Positions 42,001-52,550 are shown, counted from the stretch's first letter. The stretch: 64,000 bases of DNA from Thalia democratica (GCA_965202585.1 OZ241828.1:42842001-42906000); one strand, 5' to 3'. Notes: generated from the sequence alone by a model not told the origin. Translations and numbers: made by a program.

Positions 42001-45000
42001 ATAACAATATAGTCAGCTATTTGTTTTTTAAGAATTTCCATCTATTTACAATATACAACTATAAACAATCTGTATTTTAAACTATAAGAAAATTAACCAA
42101 AAGCAGCTGTAATACTGGAAAATAATTAAAAATTTCTGTCACATATTAACTTAGAATTTTTTACTTTTACTAAATTTTTGATATCTTAAACAACCGACCA
42201 AAGGTAAAAACTCTAAAAAACTTTTACATAAGCTACTTAGGGTTATTATTCTATATCCTTCAATTTATAACTTATAGTATATTTAAATTTTAATTTGATA
42301 TCTTTTATCTAATAGATTCAGCTGAGAGGAATGTACTCACAAGTTTTGTTGGATTTGTTTAAATTTATAGGTCCATTTTTAAGAAATGTCACTATTCCAA
42401 GATCTTTTGAATGTTTATACCGAGTTAGTTTTTTATTAGTTTGTGTTTCTATTTTATAAAGTCTTGAGTAGACTTAAAAATACTTAAATACTCATCTTTA
42501 TTTACTAAGTACACAATTTGTAAGTAAATATATTATTTCTCTACTCACATAAAGTATAGGTAAACCATTTTGTGAGTAGAGCGAGACATGGATGTTTCAC
42601 TGGCTTTACCCTAAACATTAATCTCTTTTACAGTAAAATAGCAAACAGCTATCTAAACTAGTTAGTGTTAATTCTAAAGAATATGTCAAAATTATTTTTT
42701 AACCTTCTTAATTGTCACAGGGTTGCCAAAAAATCTGGAGTTTGAGAAATTTTGAAAAAAATCTGGAATTTTGAACAAAAATCACTAAAGAACTTGGAAC
42801 TAAAAAAAACTTTTGTATGTTAAGTAGTAAAATTTCGATTTGACACGAAAAATCTATCATGTAGATAAAAAATTTTGTCATCATCGAAAATATATTTTTT
42901 ACAGAAGCTTAAAGATATCTTTTCAATGTTGTTACACTATTTAACACAATTTTTTACCTTTAATTTAGTTTTAAACTAAAAATAGACCCTAAAACATGTA
43001 ATTTTATAAACCTGGAAGATATTTTGGAAACCTGAAGAAAGTTTGCCAAAATACATTTGGCAACCCTGTTGTCATTTTTTAAAGTAAAATTAAGCGCTTA
43101 ACTACTATACTTTAAAAATGTATAAATATCATGGGCGTCGCGTGAGTGGAGCAGATGCTCCACCTAAAAAACGTGTCATAGTTTTATAAAACTGATCTAG
43201 TTTTTATATTTAAGGGCATAGGGGGGGGGGTAAACACCCTTTTTTGGTTTTTGATCTTATTTTATATAGTTTTTACTAAGCTACAACATGCTTTTTACAG
43301 ATTTAAAAAATTCAAAATAATTTTTGAGATATAGCCGGTCAAAGTCGGAGGCAACAATAGGATCCTTATGGGAGGCGCAAACTAAAACGGCAAATAACTA
43401 GAAATCACTAAAAGTCTATCTCCTCCTACGTTTTTTGAGATAACTACCTCAAATTTTCAGGAAATGTTCCTTGCAGTATTTAGAAAATTCTGTCGGAAGG
43501 AATTTAAAAAAAATTATTAAAAAAAAATTTTATAATAAAAAAACTGTTTTTTTTTTATATAATTTTTTTGATTTTTATTTTTTTTTAAATTCCTTCCGAC
43601 ATAATTTTCTAAATATATTAAGGAACACTTCCTGAAATTTTGAGGTAGTTTTCTCAAAAAACGTAGGAGAAGATAGATTTTTAGTGAAATAGTCAATTTT
43701 TGCCGTTTTGGTTTGCGCCTCCCATAAGAAACCTATTGTTGGCTCCGACTTTGACCGGCTATATCTCAAAAATTATTTTGAATTTTATAAATCTGTAAAA
43801 AGCATCTTGTAGCTTAGTAAAAACTATATAAAATAAGATCAAAAACCAAAAAAGGGTGCTTATCCCCCCCCCCCCTATGCCCTTAACATAATCTTATGTT
43901 TACAATCGGTTTATTGTAATTGTAATGTTTTTGTCTTACTAAATTATTTTTAAACAATTTCAAATTAAAGATCTTTTAAAAACTCTTAAATTTTCTGCAA
44001 CCCTCAAAAAAATACCACGTGTCGCAACTAATAAATATATATATATATATATATAGAATTAAGATATTTAACTTGATAAATTAAATCTTTCACACTGAGC
44101 CCACCTTAAGGGCTTTATTAATATTATTTGAAGCTGGTGAGTGCATAGGCACGAAACTCGAGTCCTTTGAGTTTTGCATCTTTAAATAAACCTTTATATA
44201 CATATATATATATATATATATATAGCTTGATCAAAGCTTTATGAAAAATTAAAGCTTTGTGAAACATATGTTCCAGAATTTTTAAAATCGCCATTTGAAT
44301 AAATTATTTAAAAGCCCTTCAAGTGGGCTCAGTTGAAAGTGTTTAAGTTTAAACATTAACCTTATTTTATATATATATATTAAAGGTTTTATGAAAAGTT
44401 CTGGTTGATAGTGCTCGACAAATTAGTCATGCAGACAATTATTAGCTTACTGAGGAGTACATGAAACTTTTTATTTCGTGTATGAAACAGATGTATAAAT
44501 TATAGTTTTTATATAATAAGATAAATATATATATATATATATACAACTTATGTTAATATTTCGAAGATACATGTTTCAGTGTAAAAAATTGTTGAAGTTT
44601 TATGTAGCTAAGTAAACAGCTGTTTCTTTGGCTGCATAGCTTTTTATTAGTTATTTAAATTGACACCTGCCAAGTTAAAAGTGTATCAAAAAAATTTAAG
44701 CCATAGGTTGCTAAGGAATTTTTCAACATTTGATCTTATATTTAAGATCGTTAATTTAGCTAGCAGTTGCTTTTTACTGTTTTGTGAAATTCAAAGTATT
44801 TTTTGAGATTTAAGGGTACAAAGACGGAGAGCTCAATAGGTTCCTTATGGAAGGACCAAAGTAAAATGGCGAAAAAAGACCAATTAATTAAAAATATATC
44901 TTCTCTTACAATTTTCAAGCAATCGTTCTGAAACTTTCTCAGTTAAATCTTAACTAAATGATAAAAATTTCTATTGTAGTTTTTTTGGTTATTATATGTA

Positions 45001-48000
45001 TTTATAGGTTGTACAACAATATTTTTCTATTAGTCCAAGAAACATTTCGTAAAACTTAAGGTTAATTGATCAAAAAATAAAGAATATATATCTAAGTAGA
45101 TAAAAAAAAATTCTTAGTAAATTAGCAATAAAAAATGTTTTTTCATACCTTTGTATTGGAAACTTTTTACGCAGCTGACTAAATCTCAAAAGTTAAGTTA
45201 TATTTTTAATCTGTGAAAAGTATCTTATAGCATATAGTTGTATATTGAATATAAGGGCTAATGTAAATTATTGTAGAAGAATAAAGTTAAACACCCTACG
45301 GCCTTAACTCTAATAAAATTGTTAGTAGTTAAACGTAAACATTAAAAGTTGATAATAAATTGACTTATTATAAAAATTTTGAAAAATGTAGTCTAAATTC
45401 TATATAAACTAGTTTTATAAAAGGAAATAACTAAATATTACACAAAATTTAAGCTGTGTATTTATTTTATTACAGTCTCATACAGAATATCACTGCATTA
45501 ATACGATAAAAAAAAGTAAAAATTGTTATTTTTCCAACAAAATAACTAAACGAAATTAAATATTTTAGCTTATCAAAATTAGTTTTGTTGTTTCATATAT
45601 ATTTATAGTTTACTTTTGTTACAGGGTTGCCTAAGACTTATTTTGATTTTGTTGCACGACTTTCCTGAGTTTTTGTGTGACTACCACTTTTCTTTATGTG
45701 ACTTCATACCAGCAAACTGCGTGCAACTTAGAAATTTGGTACTGAGCGCCTTTCCACGTCATATGCGTCTTCCTGACCCCTTTACACCAAATTTAAAAGT
45801 TTATTAGTTTTTTTTAATAAGAATACTTAGCTTTTTATTGCTTTGTTTTATTTATTATTAGGTAGTAAAAGTATTACAACCAAGTGTTCCTTTTTTTTTT
45901 TTGTATGTTTACTTTTAATTTTTCTTAATAATTTTAGCATTTTGATGACTAAGTAAACAAAATTCCTTGTTTATTTCCCAGTCATTTTCTAATTGTAGGT
46001 TTGATTGAAATTAATTATATTTTAATATAGCTCTTCAAGTATTTGCAATTAAATTAAGTGATAAATTGTAACTTAACTTTTTCATAGTTAAGTTACAATT
46101 ATTTTATATATAAATTTATATTATGTGGTTTTTATTGAAAAAAAAAGAAGTCTTTTTGATCAAATGTTTTAAATCTATATATATGTATTTTTTTTATTTT
46201 TAAGCAAGTAAAGTTAAACACATTTTATCAAGTTTTTTGCAAGTACCTTAGAAAGTATGTTTTATTAATTAATTAAGAAAAGTTTCAAAAATCCTAAAGT
46301 ATTTGATTTATAACTTGTAGAGTTAATAATATAAATCATTGATATTATTTTAAAGATCTTCACAGACAAAACTGTGACTAAGGTTGTTTTCAAGACACCT
46401 ACCTCTCTTACCCTTGAAATAATTTTAATATAGCACTATGTTTTATGATTTGTAATTTTAAAAAACTAATCAGGTAAATATGTTACCCGAAATAACGCAA
46501 CCTCCTCGCATCTTGACATCTATCACTGCTCCAATGACTCCTGAGTTTCAAAGCAAATTACAAAACTACCTCGATAAAAGATCACCTGTTTCTTTTCCAC
46601 CAGAAATTACTTCGCAACTTCAGGTTGTTAAATGCATGATTAACTTAGCTAGCAGATTTTGTATTTATTCTAACATTAGAAGACATTGCTTATGTTTTTA
46701 CACTTATTATTCCAAAAAAAAAAGCATTTTTAAACAAATTTATTTCATGACAAATACATCTTGGTTGATTTATTTAGTAGTTCAGATTTGAACAAAAAGC
46801 GCATTATTTTACGTTTTTTTGAGTATTTACAATAGTAGTTTTTAATTATTTATTAATGGTAAATGTATATAAATAAAAACTTAGTTATCAAAATACAAGG
46901 AAACTTCTTTTTTTTTTGTAATTTAGGAACGTTGTTTTAATTAGTGATCCACCGGATCCACTATTTATTATCCGGATCTTTTTTTAATTTAAGATCCGAC
47001 TGAAACCGGATTCGGATCTTAATTTTAGATTAGGATCCTAAATGTTTTAAGTCTTATGTAGTTCCATAGAGGACAAACTTATAACATTTAGTTATCTTAA
47101 TACCATTAATTAGTAAAAATTGTTTAAAAAAAAAAATTTCAAAAAAATTTAAGTTATTGTCTAAATACTTTATTTGAACACTAATAAAATAACATTGTAA
47201 AAAAAACTACCTATATGCAATCTTAGTTTAAACGTTAAATTTCAAGATACTTAATACGGCTTAAGTTGAATTTTGTACCTTGTACGACGTAAAAGAGAAG
47301 TAAATTAAATGTTACAATCCTTAAAAAATAACGAACTTTTTTTCTAATGATAACCTTCACATTATACCTTTATTTAAAATTGAACTATAAGATGAACAAA
47401 AACTTCTTAAGCAACTGTTTACATACATTTATATTGATACCCCAATTTTCAAACATCTCCTTTATGTTTTCACAAATATTAAAGCCAGTGTGAGAACCTT
47501 CTATTTCCTTACAGTGCAAAATTCTGTGTTTGTACTGAAAGCTTTCATTTAACTAATGCGCTGTCAAAGAAAGATATGATATCTTTGTCTTGGAATTTGT
47601 CCATATGTCACGTTTGTAAAAGACAAAAACAAAGCTTCTGATAACTCAGTTTGTATTTTTATCAATGAAAAGCACTAATTATATCAGTGAAGTACTTAGT
47701 ACTCGGAATCAAGTAACTTAGCTATAAAGCCACCAACAGGTCTATGAAGCATTGATCGCTAGTAATTGAAAATGGTTGGTTGTCCATAGCAATCATATTC
47801 ATAACTTTATATAGAGTTTTAAACTTTTCACAGAAATATTTTATACCACTATATACTATTTTTCATCTAAACCAGGACTAATAAGAAATTTATTTTGTAA
47901 AATGAATAATTGTAAAATAAAAAAATTTGTTGAACAATTACTCTAATTTAAAGTTATAGTTACCAAATAGTAAATGATCTATATTTGTAGAGTTTTTAAA

Positions 48001-50469
48001 TTATTTAATATATTTAAATGAGAATAAAATAGTTAAATTAGACTGTAAAGACAAAAATATATCATATACATAAAAAAATTGTCATCATCAAAATTTTTTT
48101 TATTAACAATTACATCTAAAGTAGCTTAACAGTATCTTTTCAATGTTTTGATACTAATTAATACAGTTTCTTACCTTAAACTTAATTTTAAATTAAAAAT
48201 AGACCCAAACAGTTTTACTTATATAAAACTGGAGAAAATTTACCAAAAACATGGCAACCAAAAAAAAAAAAAAAACATGGCAACCCTGAATACATTCAAT
48301 TTTAAATATATGTTTTATAGTAAAAAATAAAAAGTATTTTAAGTTTATAAATAGATCTAAATTATAGAGTCGGTAAAAGTATCTAATCTTCAAGTAATAC
48401 TGAAAATTAACAATTCAGTATTTTTACTTTAATGGATGTCTGTACTTGTATGTTTTCAACAAATGATTGATTTAACTAAACTTTAATTAGTCTGTTTCGC
48501 TTGACTATTTTTATAGATATTAAATATTCTAAACACAATAATCTAAGTATATAAAACTGAAAGAAGCTTTTCTGATCGCGGAAAACAAAGTCTTTCCAAA
48601 CTAACTGGATCCGGATCTGGCCAAATCTCAGCTATGATTTGGCCGGATCTGGATTTAAAAAAAAAATAGGATCCGGTAGTTTTAATATGCACTAGATTGT
48701 TTACAAAATTGATTTTCTGTTTTTTTCGGACCTTGAAATATTATTGACAACTAATTAAAAATAGTATTAAAAGATTTAATTATAGTTAATTGCTGTAATT
48801 AAAATTTAAGCTGTTAATTTGTAAAGCAATATCAGCTTATGGATTTTTTTAGCATTTATCTTCAAGAGTTTTACGCAAAAGCAAAATCTACTTTTTTTTT
48901 TCAAGTATGTACTTTTAAACAATTTATCTATAGCAGTTATCGTTATTCTTGATATTTAATCAAATTAAAAATTAAATGATCACTGTTTTAGCAGATTTTA
49001 AATTGACGTGCATATTAGAAATAGTATTCTATTTTATTACTATAGTTCTCATGTTAAATATTTCTTACTACTCGGCAAGTTAAAAATTGACTTGAATAAA
49101 AAAGCTAAATTTTTATTTCTGTTATAACTGTTCAAAATATAGTTTTAATTGTTTGCTAACAAAAGATCCTAGTGAAGTGTGTTGATTCGTTGACACACAG
49201 AAACATATGTTGGTAGAATAAAGGAAGATTATTGTATAATTTGTTTTTATTTCTGTTATATATTTTAAATAGCTCGAAAAACTTAACAGTTGTCACCGAG
49301 TGGTAATGAACGTTACAACTTACCTTTAATGAATGCCCTTGTACTATATGTTGGTACTAAAGCACTTGATGATCTTCGTACAAAAGGAATCGCTTCCAAC
49401 ATAGGTAACATATCACATACTCCGTACATGGACATTTTTCAGTCTTTATCAGTTGACCTTGACAACGAAGGAAGGTAAATATTTAGTTTGAAAAAACCTA
49501 TATAATTAACTTACTATTTCATGTTTTTTTATCATAAGTATTTGTAACAGTTTCTAAGCCTTAAAAAAAAGACAAATATAAAATTTACATTAAACTAAAA
49601 CGAATTTTCTTAAAATATTTTAACATTTATTAATATTTTTCCCGAAAGTTTTTCAAAAGGTAGACAGAAAAATTGTAGTGATATAAGTACTTATAATAAT
49701 AATTTTTGTAGGTATTTGTTTTTAAATGCAATCGCGAACCAGTTAAGATATCCCAACTCCCACACTCACTATTTCAGCTGTGTGCTTTTGTATTTGTTTG
49801 CTGAAGCAAATTCTCAAGTTATACAAGAACAAATAACCAGGTTTTTTTTTATTGTTCTTGTTTAAAACATTGTTCTGGCTATTTTTTTATCATTCGAAAT
49901 TAAAAGTGAAAGCAACTTTGGTATTCTTATTAATATTATTTTTTACGATTTAAAAATTTGTTTATTTTTTAATTTAAAATGGATTTTATTTTAAACAACA
50001 ATTACTATCTATGAAAAATAAATGCTCCAAGAAAGCTAGTAGTACCAGTTTGAACGTAATTTATTAATTAAGATGAATTATTTTTGTATCAAGGGTACTC
50101 CTGGAAAGATTGATTGTCAACCGACCTCATCCATGGGGTCTTCTCATAACGTTCATTGAGCTTATTAAAAACCCAACCTTCAACTTTTGGCAGCATGATT
50201 TTGTTAAGTGTGCTCCTGAAATTACAAAGTTTGTTTTTTTTTTGTTATTGTTTTTTTATGCATAAGCTCATCAATCATGTATATTTTTGCTTTACAGACT
50301 GTTCGAGTCTGTAGCACAAAGTTGTCAGCAGTATGTACCTACATCTGCAGCTATCGGTGGATTCGATCAACAACCACAACAAATATCTGCTACAAAGACC
50401 CAATCCATGTCAGCAGGGAACCAGAATAACCAACAGCAACCAACTGCTGTTTCTGTTATTTCTTCCTAA
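201..50469 (+). CDS. CNOT1: CCR4-NOT transcription complex subunit 1 (Not1), spliced gene; 5' exons lie upstream of the window
   Basis: Hand-traced exons: 201-334, 2509-2638, 2796-2909, 6283-6396, 6469-6658, 8938-9016, 11812-12341 (in-frame TAA at 12311), 13721-13804, 15698-15831, 16544-16648, 16809-16884, 17779-17960, 20388-20528, 29651-29833, 29955-30131, 30418-30543, 30676-30864, 31216-31332, 31408-31511, 31581-31710, 31806-32003, 32162-32413, 32530-32634, 34075-34206, 36792-36854, 37845-38000, 38256-38471, 38697-38887, 39546-39726, 40766-40987, 41253-41405, 41579-41742, 41873-41996 (or 42011), 42316-42423, 45625-45798, 46474-46623, 49290-49474, 49712-49840, 50094-50228, 50298-50469. All junctions are GT-AG and phase-compatible. 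Diagnostic peptides: [77 protein letters not shown]. Confidence 0.97.
1126..1500. mobile_element. CAGGG-family MITE
   Basis: Terminal inverted repeats (TIRs) cagggttgcc...ggcaaccctg; subterminal cctggaa repeats; degenerate 6-bp TSD ggatgg/agatag. Confidence 0.8.
2041..2402. mobile_element. TIR MITE with gcacg/cgtgc subterminal repeats and a telomere-like cctaaccct core
   Basis: Inverted ends ggtatcctaaagg..gtcaaatatgca and tgcatatttt..cctttaggtacc; a related fragment lies at about 39810-39975. Confidence 0.6.
3170..3330. repeat. Imperfect foldback with roughly 65-bp arms and a short loop, probably an old MITE
   Basis: gaatagatttgaacaaataaatgtaaggta...aaaacaa is complementary to ttgttttg...taccttccgtttatttattcaaatctatt. 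Confidence 0.7.
4140..5790. mobile_element. Non-autonomous CAGGG-terminal DNA transposon with 6-bp TSD
   Basis: Perfect 15-bp TIR cagggttcgtgcgcg; TSD ttaaat/ttaaat; tcaggctaaa subterminal repeats; contains a nested MITE. Confidence 0.9.
4986..5370. mobile_element. CAGGG-family MITE nested in 4140-5790
   Basis: TIR cagggttgc/gcaaccctg; TSD ttttat/ttttat. Confidence 0.9.
7122..8259. mobile_element. CAGGG-family element, aagtcagg subfamily
   Basis: Termini cagggctgccaca/tgtggcaactgtg; aaagtcagga repeats at both ends; TSD aatgtt/aatgtt. Confidence 0.8.
9325..11683 (-). mobile_element. hAT transposon (Buster/SPIN/Charlie-like), internally deleted
   Basis: TIR cagtgcttctgaa/ttcagaagcactg; perfect 8-bp TSD ccttatag; gcggaaccc subterminal motifs including the palindrome gcggaaccctagggttccgc at 11641-11660. 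Confidence 0.95.
9747..10870 (-). pseudogene. Degenerate hAT transposase, C-terminal half
   Basis: [54 protein letters not shown] and the dimerisation region ending LCKSGFS...QVSH; internal stops and a frameshift near 9920. Confidence 0.9.
11812..13804 (+). CDS. CNOT1: CNOT1 exons 7-8: Pro/Asn/Thr-rich low-complexity linker
   Basis: ORF 11786-12313. Acceptor ttttttag at 11811 is phase 2 and matches the exon 6 donor. Exon 8 (13721-13804) is phase 1 at both ends. The 3' end of exon 7 is ambiguous because of the TAA at 12311. Confidence 0.7.
15698..17960 (+). CDS. CNOT1: CNOT1 exons 9-12: TTP-binding HEAT domain
   Basis: [18 protein letters not shown]; [25 protein letters not shown]; [14 protein letters not shown]. 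Confidence 0.9.
17237..17608. mobile_element. CAGGG-family MITE
   Basis: TIR cagggttgccac/gtggcaaccctg; TSD tatgta/tatgta. Confidence 0.92.
18993..19255. repeat. Diverged direct duplication (about 95-bp unit, period about 165 bp) in a GC-richer intronic block
   Basis: ctattgta..aaagcggacttt..aagtcctag.tttgctc.aatt..agag.c.ctgagaaa at 18993 and 19158. Confidence 0.7.
20584..20974. mobile_element. CAGGG-family MITE
   Basis: TIR cagggttgccaaa/tttggcaaccctg; TSD taagag/taatag. Confidence 0.88.
21660..22760 (-). mobile_element. Degenerate Penelope-like retroelement (RT plus GIY-YIG remnant)
   Basis: Minus-strand [18 protein letters not shown]...[22 protein letters not shown], and [16 protein letters not shown]; many stops. 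Confidence 0.75.
23751..24066. mobile_element. hAT MITE
   Basis: Termini cagaggtcgacaa/ttgtcaaccctg; perfect 8-bp TSD gtttaaac. Confidence 0.88.
29651..31332 (+). CDS. CNOT1: CNOT1 exons 14-18: MIF4G (CAF1/DDX6-binding) domain
   Basis: [11 protein letters not shown]; [14 protein letters not shown]; [26 protein letters not shown]; [12 protein letters not shown]; [10 protein letters not shown]. Confidence 0.92.
31581..34206 (+). CDS. CNOT1: CNOT1 exons 20-24: CNOT9-binding (DUF3819) region
   Basis: [14 protein letters not shown]; [17 protein letters not shown]; [12 protein letters not shown]; [15 protein letters not shown]. Confidence 0.9.
32791..33480. mobile_element. Older CAGGG-family element
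   Basis: Termini caggcttgcca/tggcaattctg; TSD 4/6 (tgtcaa/tatcta); its ggctag motifs also occur at about 14490-15150. Confidence 0.55.
33555..33870. mobile_element. CAGGG-family MITE with a degraded 3' end
   Basis: cagggttt..aacctggaatcctggaaaaacc and the internal aaaaatctatcat/aaagtagcattacagtatctttt core shared with other copies. Confidence 0.7.
35026..35719. mobile_element. TTAA-flanked foldback element (Kolobok- or Sola-like), nested in a short CAGGG-type shell (34978-35744)
   Basis: ttaa|ggccatatgggg...cccctatggcc|ttaa; internal arms similar to 43214-43882. Confidence 0.75.
36792..50469 (+). CDS. CNOT1: CNOT1 exons 25-40: C-terminal Not1 domain plus a Q/S/T-rich tail
   Basis: [11 protein letters not shown]; FHQMPYQRI; [21 protein letters not shown]; [31 protein letters not shown]; stop TAA at 50467-50469. 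Confidence 0.95.
37161..37510. mobile_element. Degraded CAGGG-family MITE
   Basis: cctggaatttgacaat, aaaaatctatca and aaagtagctttacagt cores; termini eroded. Confidence 0.6.
39183..39409. mobile_element. hAT (Charlie-type) MITE
   Basis: Termini cagggtttccc/gggaaatcctg; TSD ttttagaa/ttctagat, resembling the nTCTAGAn target preference. Confidence 0.75.
40390..40626. mobile_element. Young MITE with a 47-bp TIR
   Basis: accacagatgtttttgtg(a/t)taaaactttattccgactaacggcgttt matches 46/47 between the ends; flanked by acat/acat (or by TA if the termini are ccacag). Confidence 0.88.
42718..43068. mobile_element. CAGGG-family MITE
   Basis: TIR cagggttgccaaa/tttggcaaccctg; TSD ttgtca/ttgtca. Confidence 0.92.
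43214..43882. mobile_element. TTAA-flanked, nearly fully palindromic foldback element
   Basis: ttaa|gggcatagggg...cccctatgccc|ttaa; arms of about 330 bp are complementary over almost their whole length. Confidence 0.92.
44056..44370. mobile_element. Inverted-repeat element embedded in (TA)n microsatellite
   Basis: tttcacactgagcccaccttaagggcttt at 44088 and aaagcccttcaagtgggctcagttgaaa at 44311; (TA)n tracts on both flanks and in the middle. Confidence 0.6.
44814..45303. mobile_element. Older TTAA-flanked element related to 43214-43882
   Basis: ttaa flanks and a shared core (tatcttctcttacaattttcaagcaatc). Confidence 0.45.
46942..48694. mobile_element. TAGTG-terminal element with ccggatc subterminal repeats; contains a 3' fragment of a CAGGG MITE (about 48040-48288)
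   Basis: tagtgatcc...gcacta; clusters of ggatccgg at both ends; the same motif clusters occur at about 15220-15330, 52930-53020 and 60535-60665; no clear TSD. Confidence 0.55.
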
Positions 50470-50568
50470 TTTATATCTAAGTTGTTATCACTGAACACCT
50501 GCTGCTTGATAAATTCATTCCAAAGCTTGGTTTTTTAATAAGTGTCTGTGTTTCTTTAAAAAAGTTAT

Positions 50569-50635
50569 AATAAAAAACTTTTAGATAATGTTTTTACTTG
50601 GAAGAGTTTTTTTTACAAGTATTTAGATAAATAAA
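50569..50635 (+). promoter_or_regulatory. Candidate polyadenylation signals of CNOT1
   Basis: AATAAA at 50569 and 50630, about 100-160 nt after the stop. The motif is common in this AT-rich sequence. Confidence 0.4.
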
Positions 50636-52040
50636 GTTAAGGTTAAGCAATTGTAAACTATGAAATACTTTAGTTTTCGTGCAAGTCATGTTTTCGATCA
50701 TACAGTTAATTTTTCTTTTTACATTTTAATTTTTTATTATCAATGTTGAAACATATAAGAGTTTTAAAACTTAAAACTACATAGCACCTTGGTAATTTTA
50801 TACTAATAAAATTTCAAAAGTATATTTTGACTGCCTCTTTAGAATGATAGTTTATGAACTAATTATTCATTTAGAAGAGCTTATATTTCACAGTAAAAGT
50901 TGTATTTATCAAATACAGTTTTTGTTTGTAAATTATGAGCAGTCGCGAAACTACATAAGTATTATTTTGTGTTTGAAAACGAAGAATTTGCTTTTGCTTC
51001 TTACCTTGGTTTTTACCTTGTAAGGATAGTTAACGTAAGATAAAAATACTTGTGAGTTTAACTTTTGTGAACTAAATAAAATTTACTGTTTAAATCGTAG
51101 GTAGTTTTTTTTAAAGTTATACTAACTGCAATCTATTTCAGTAGTTTTGAACCTTTTAAAAGCTGTTCACACTAAATTACTGAAAAATAATTCTGTGCAC
51201 ACTTGACTATAAATATTAAAATATTTTTTAACTTTTTTTTAAGTTTTTAGTGTTTTAATAAGTCAATATCGTGTTAATATAATTAGTTTATTTTATTGTT
51301 AGCTTTTCAATAGAAAAACAAACATAATTATTTTTTTTTTATCTACTAAATGTTTTTGTACAGTAAATAATTTCTGTGCACTTTGTGGAGACCACTGATC
51401 TAAATGATAGTAAATCCATAAATTACGTAAGTTTATACCTCGTAAATAAATAAATTTATAATAAATTTCAAAAAGTTTAAATACACAATTGTTATCGGAT
51501 TCTTAATCACCTACAAATTCGTCTATAAATACTTGGGATTATTCTTAAGCTGTGAAGAGTTTCTTAAAATGTGCTTAGAACTATGTTTACAGAAAGCTTC
51601 ACCGACAACAGAAAAGTTTTAGATAGTAAGGAAAACTAAATATGCTTACTTGAATCTTGTTTAGAATTTTATCAAGATTTTAAATTAAAGAATGTTTAAA
51701 TTCACTTCACTCCAAAAAAGTAGATTAAATTCAATAACATATTTGATAGACATCAATATATATACTGTTTCAATTTTATAATGTACTTGGTACTTTTAAA
51801 GTCTTAAAACAACTGTGGATAATAGTAATATTAAATATTCAAGGTCATAAAACTTAAATTTCGTAGTCATTCGATTCTTATTTGAATATTATTTCACAGC
51901 ATAATTCAAAGTAATCTAGATGATTTTATGTGTTTTATAAATTAGACTTAAAAAAGATAGGGTCAGTCGTATAAAGCATTCTCAAATGTACCATTCCATG
52001 TCTCTTAGACTTATAATAGTTTGCTCGTTTATAACTGCTT

Positions 52041-52155
52041 ACAAGACCTTAATCCGTATCCAAGTGGTGAAAAACTCTACAACCGAAATGTTTTACCGTA
52101 CACAAGCTCCTTAAACCAAATACGTTGAGGCTTTTTTATCGTTCAGTAAACAACA
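52041..52155 (+). repeat. SINE-like interspersed repeat, copy A
   Basis: acaagac.ttaa..gtatcc..gtggtg...aaccgaaa...ttttatcgttca shared with the copies at 56795 and 59689. Confidence 0.55.
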
Positions 52156-52379
52156 TAAATAAAACAAATTTCTTAAAATCACATGTAAGTCCGCTTTACA
52201 ACGAGTGATAACAACAAGAATTTATAATAAACTAACAAACAAATTTAAGTTGGCAGACATAACTAGCTACTAACATCCGGTTGCACAAAAAATCCTTGGT
52301 TTATTTTTAGTTTTAAAATAAGCATTATTAAAATCTCATTTTCTTTACCAAGTTTTCAATAACTTAGTCTAATTGAATA

Positions 52380-52550
52380 TATAATATATAAAAACCAGTA
52401 TTTATTTCAACCATCATAACAAAGTTGAGATGTTTCGCACCGTCAATAGTAATCAATGAACTTCACCATACGACCATCAGGGCCCGAGACAATCTACCTC
52501 TAACTACTGTTTAAAACATGTCAAACGAGCGTGGACTATTCTTACAATGA
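52380..52550 (-). mobile_element. Possible non-LTR retrotransposon ORF2 remnant
   Basis: Minus-strand SGPDG resembles the LINE KSPGPDG motif; nothing else supports it. Confidence 0.3.

Noticed and set aside
45621-45631. cagggttgcc at the exon 35 acceptor, identical to the MITE TIR
   Set aside because: It encodes G-C at the position of the conserved GTLR-type segment, and there is no MITE body or partner TIR; this is coincidence.
49273-49289. Upstream acceptor for exon 37 (aatag at 49272)
   Set aside because: It puts the exon out of frame; the acceptor at 49289 restores [13 protein letters not shown].
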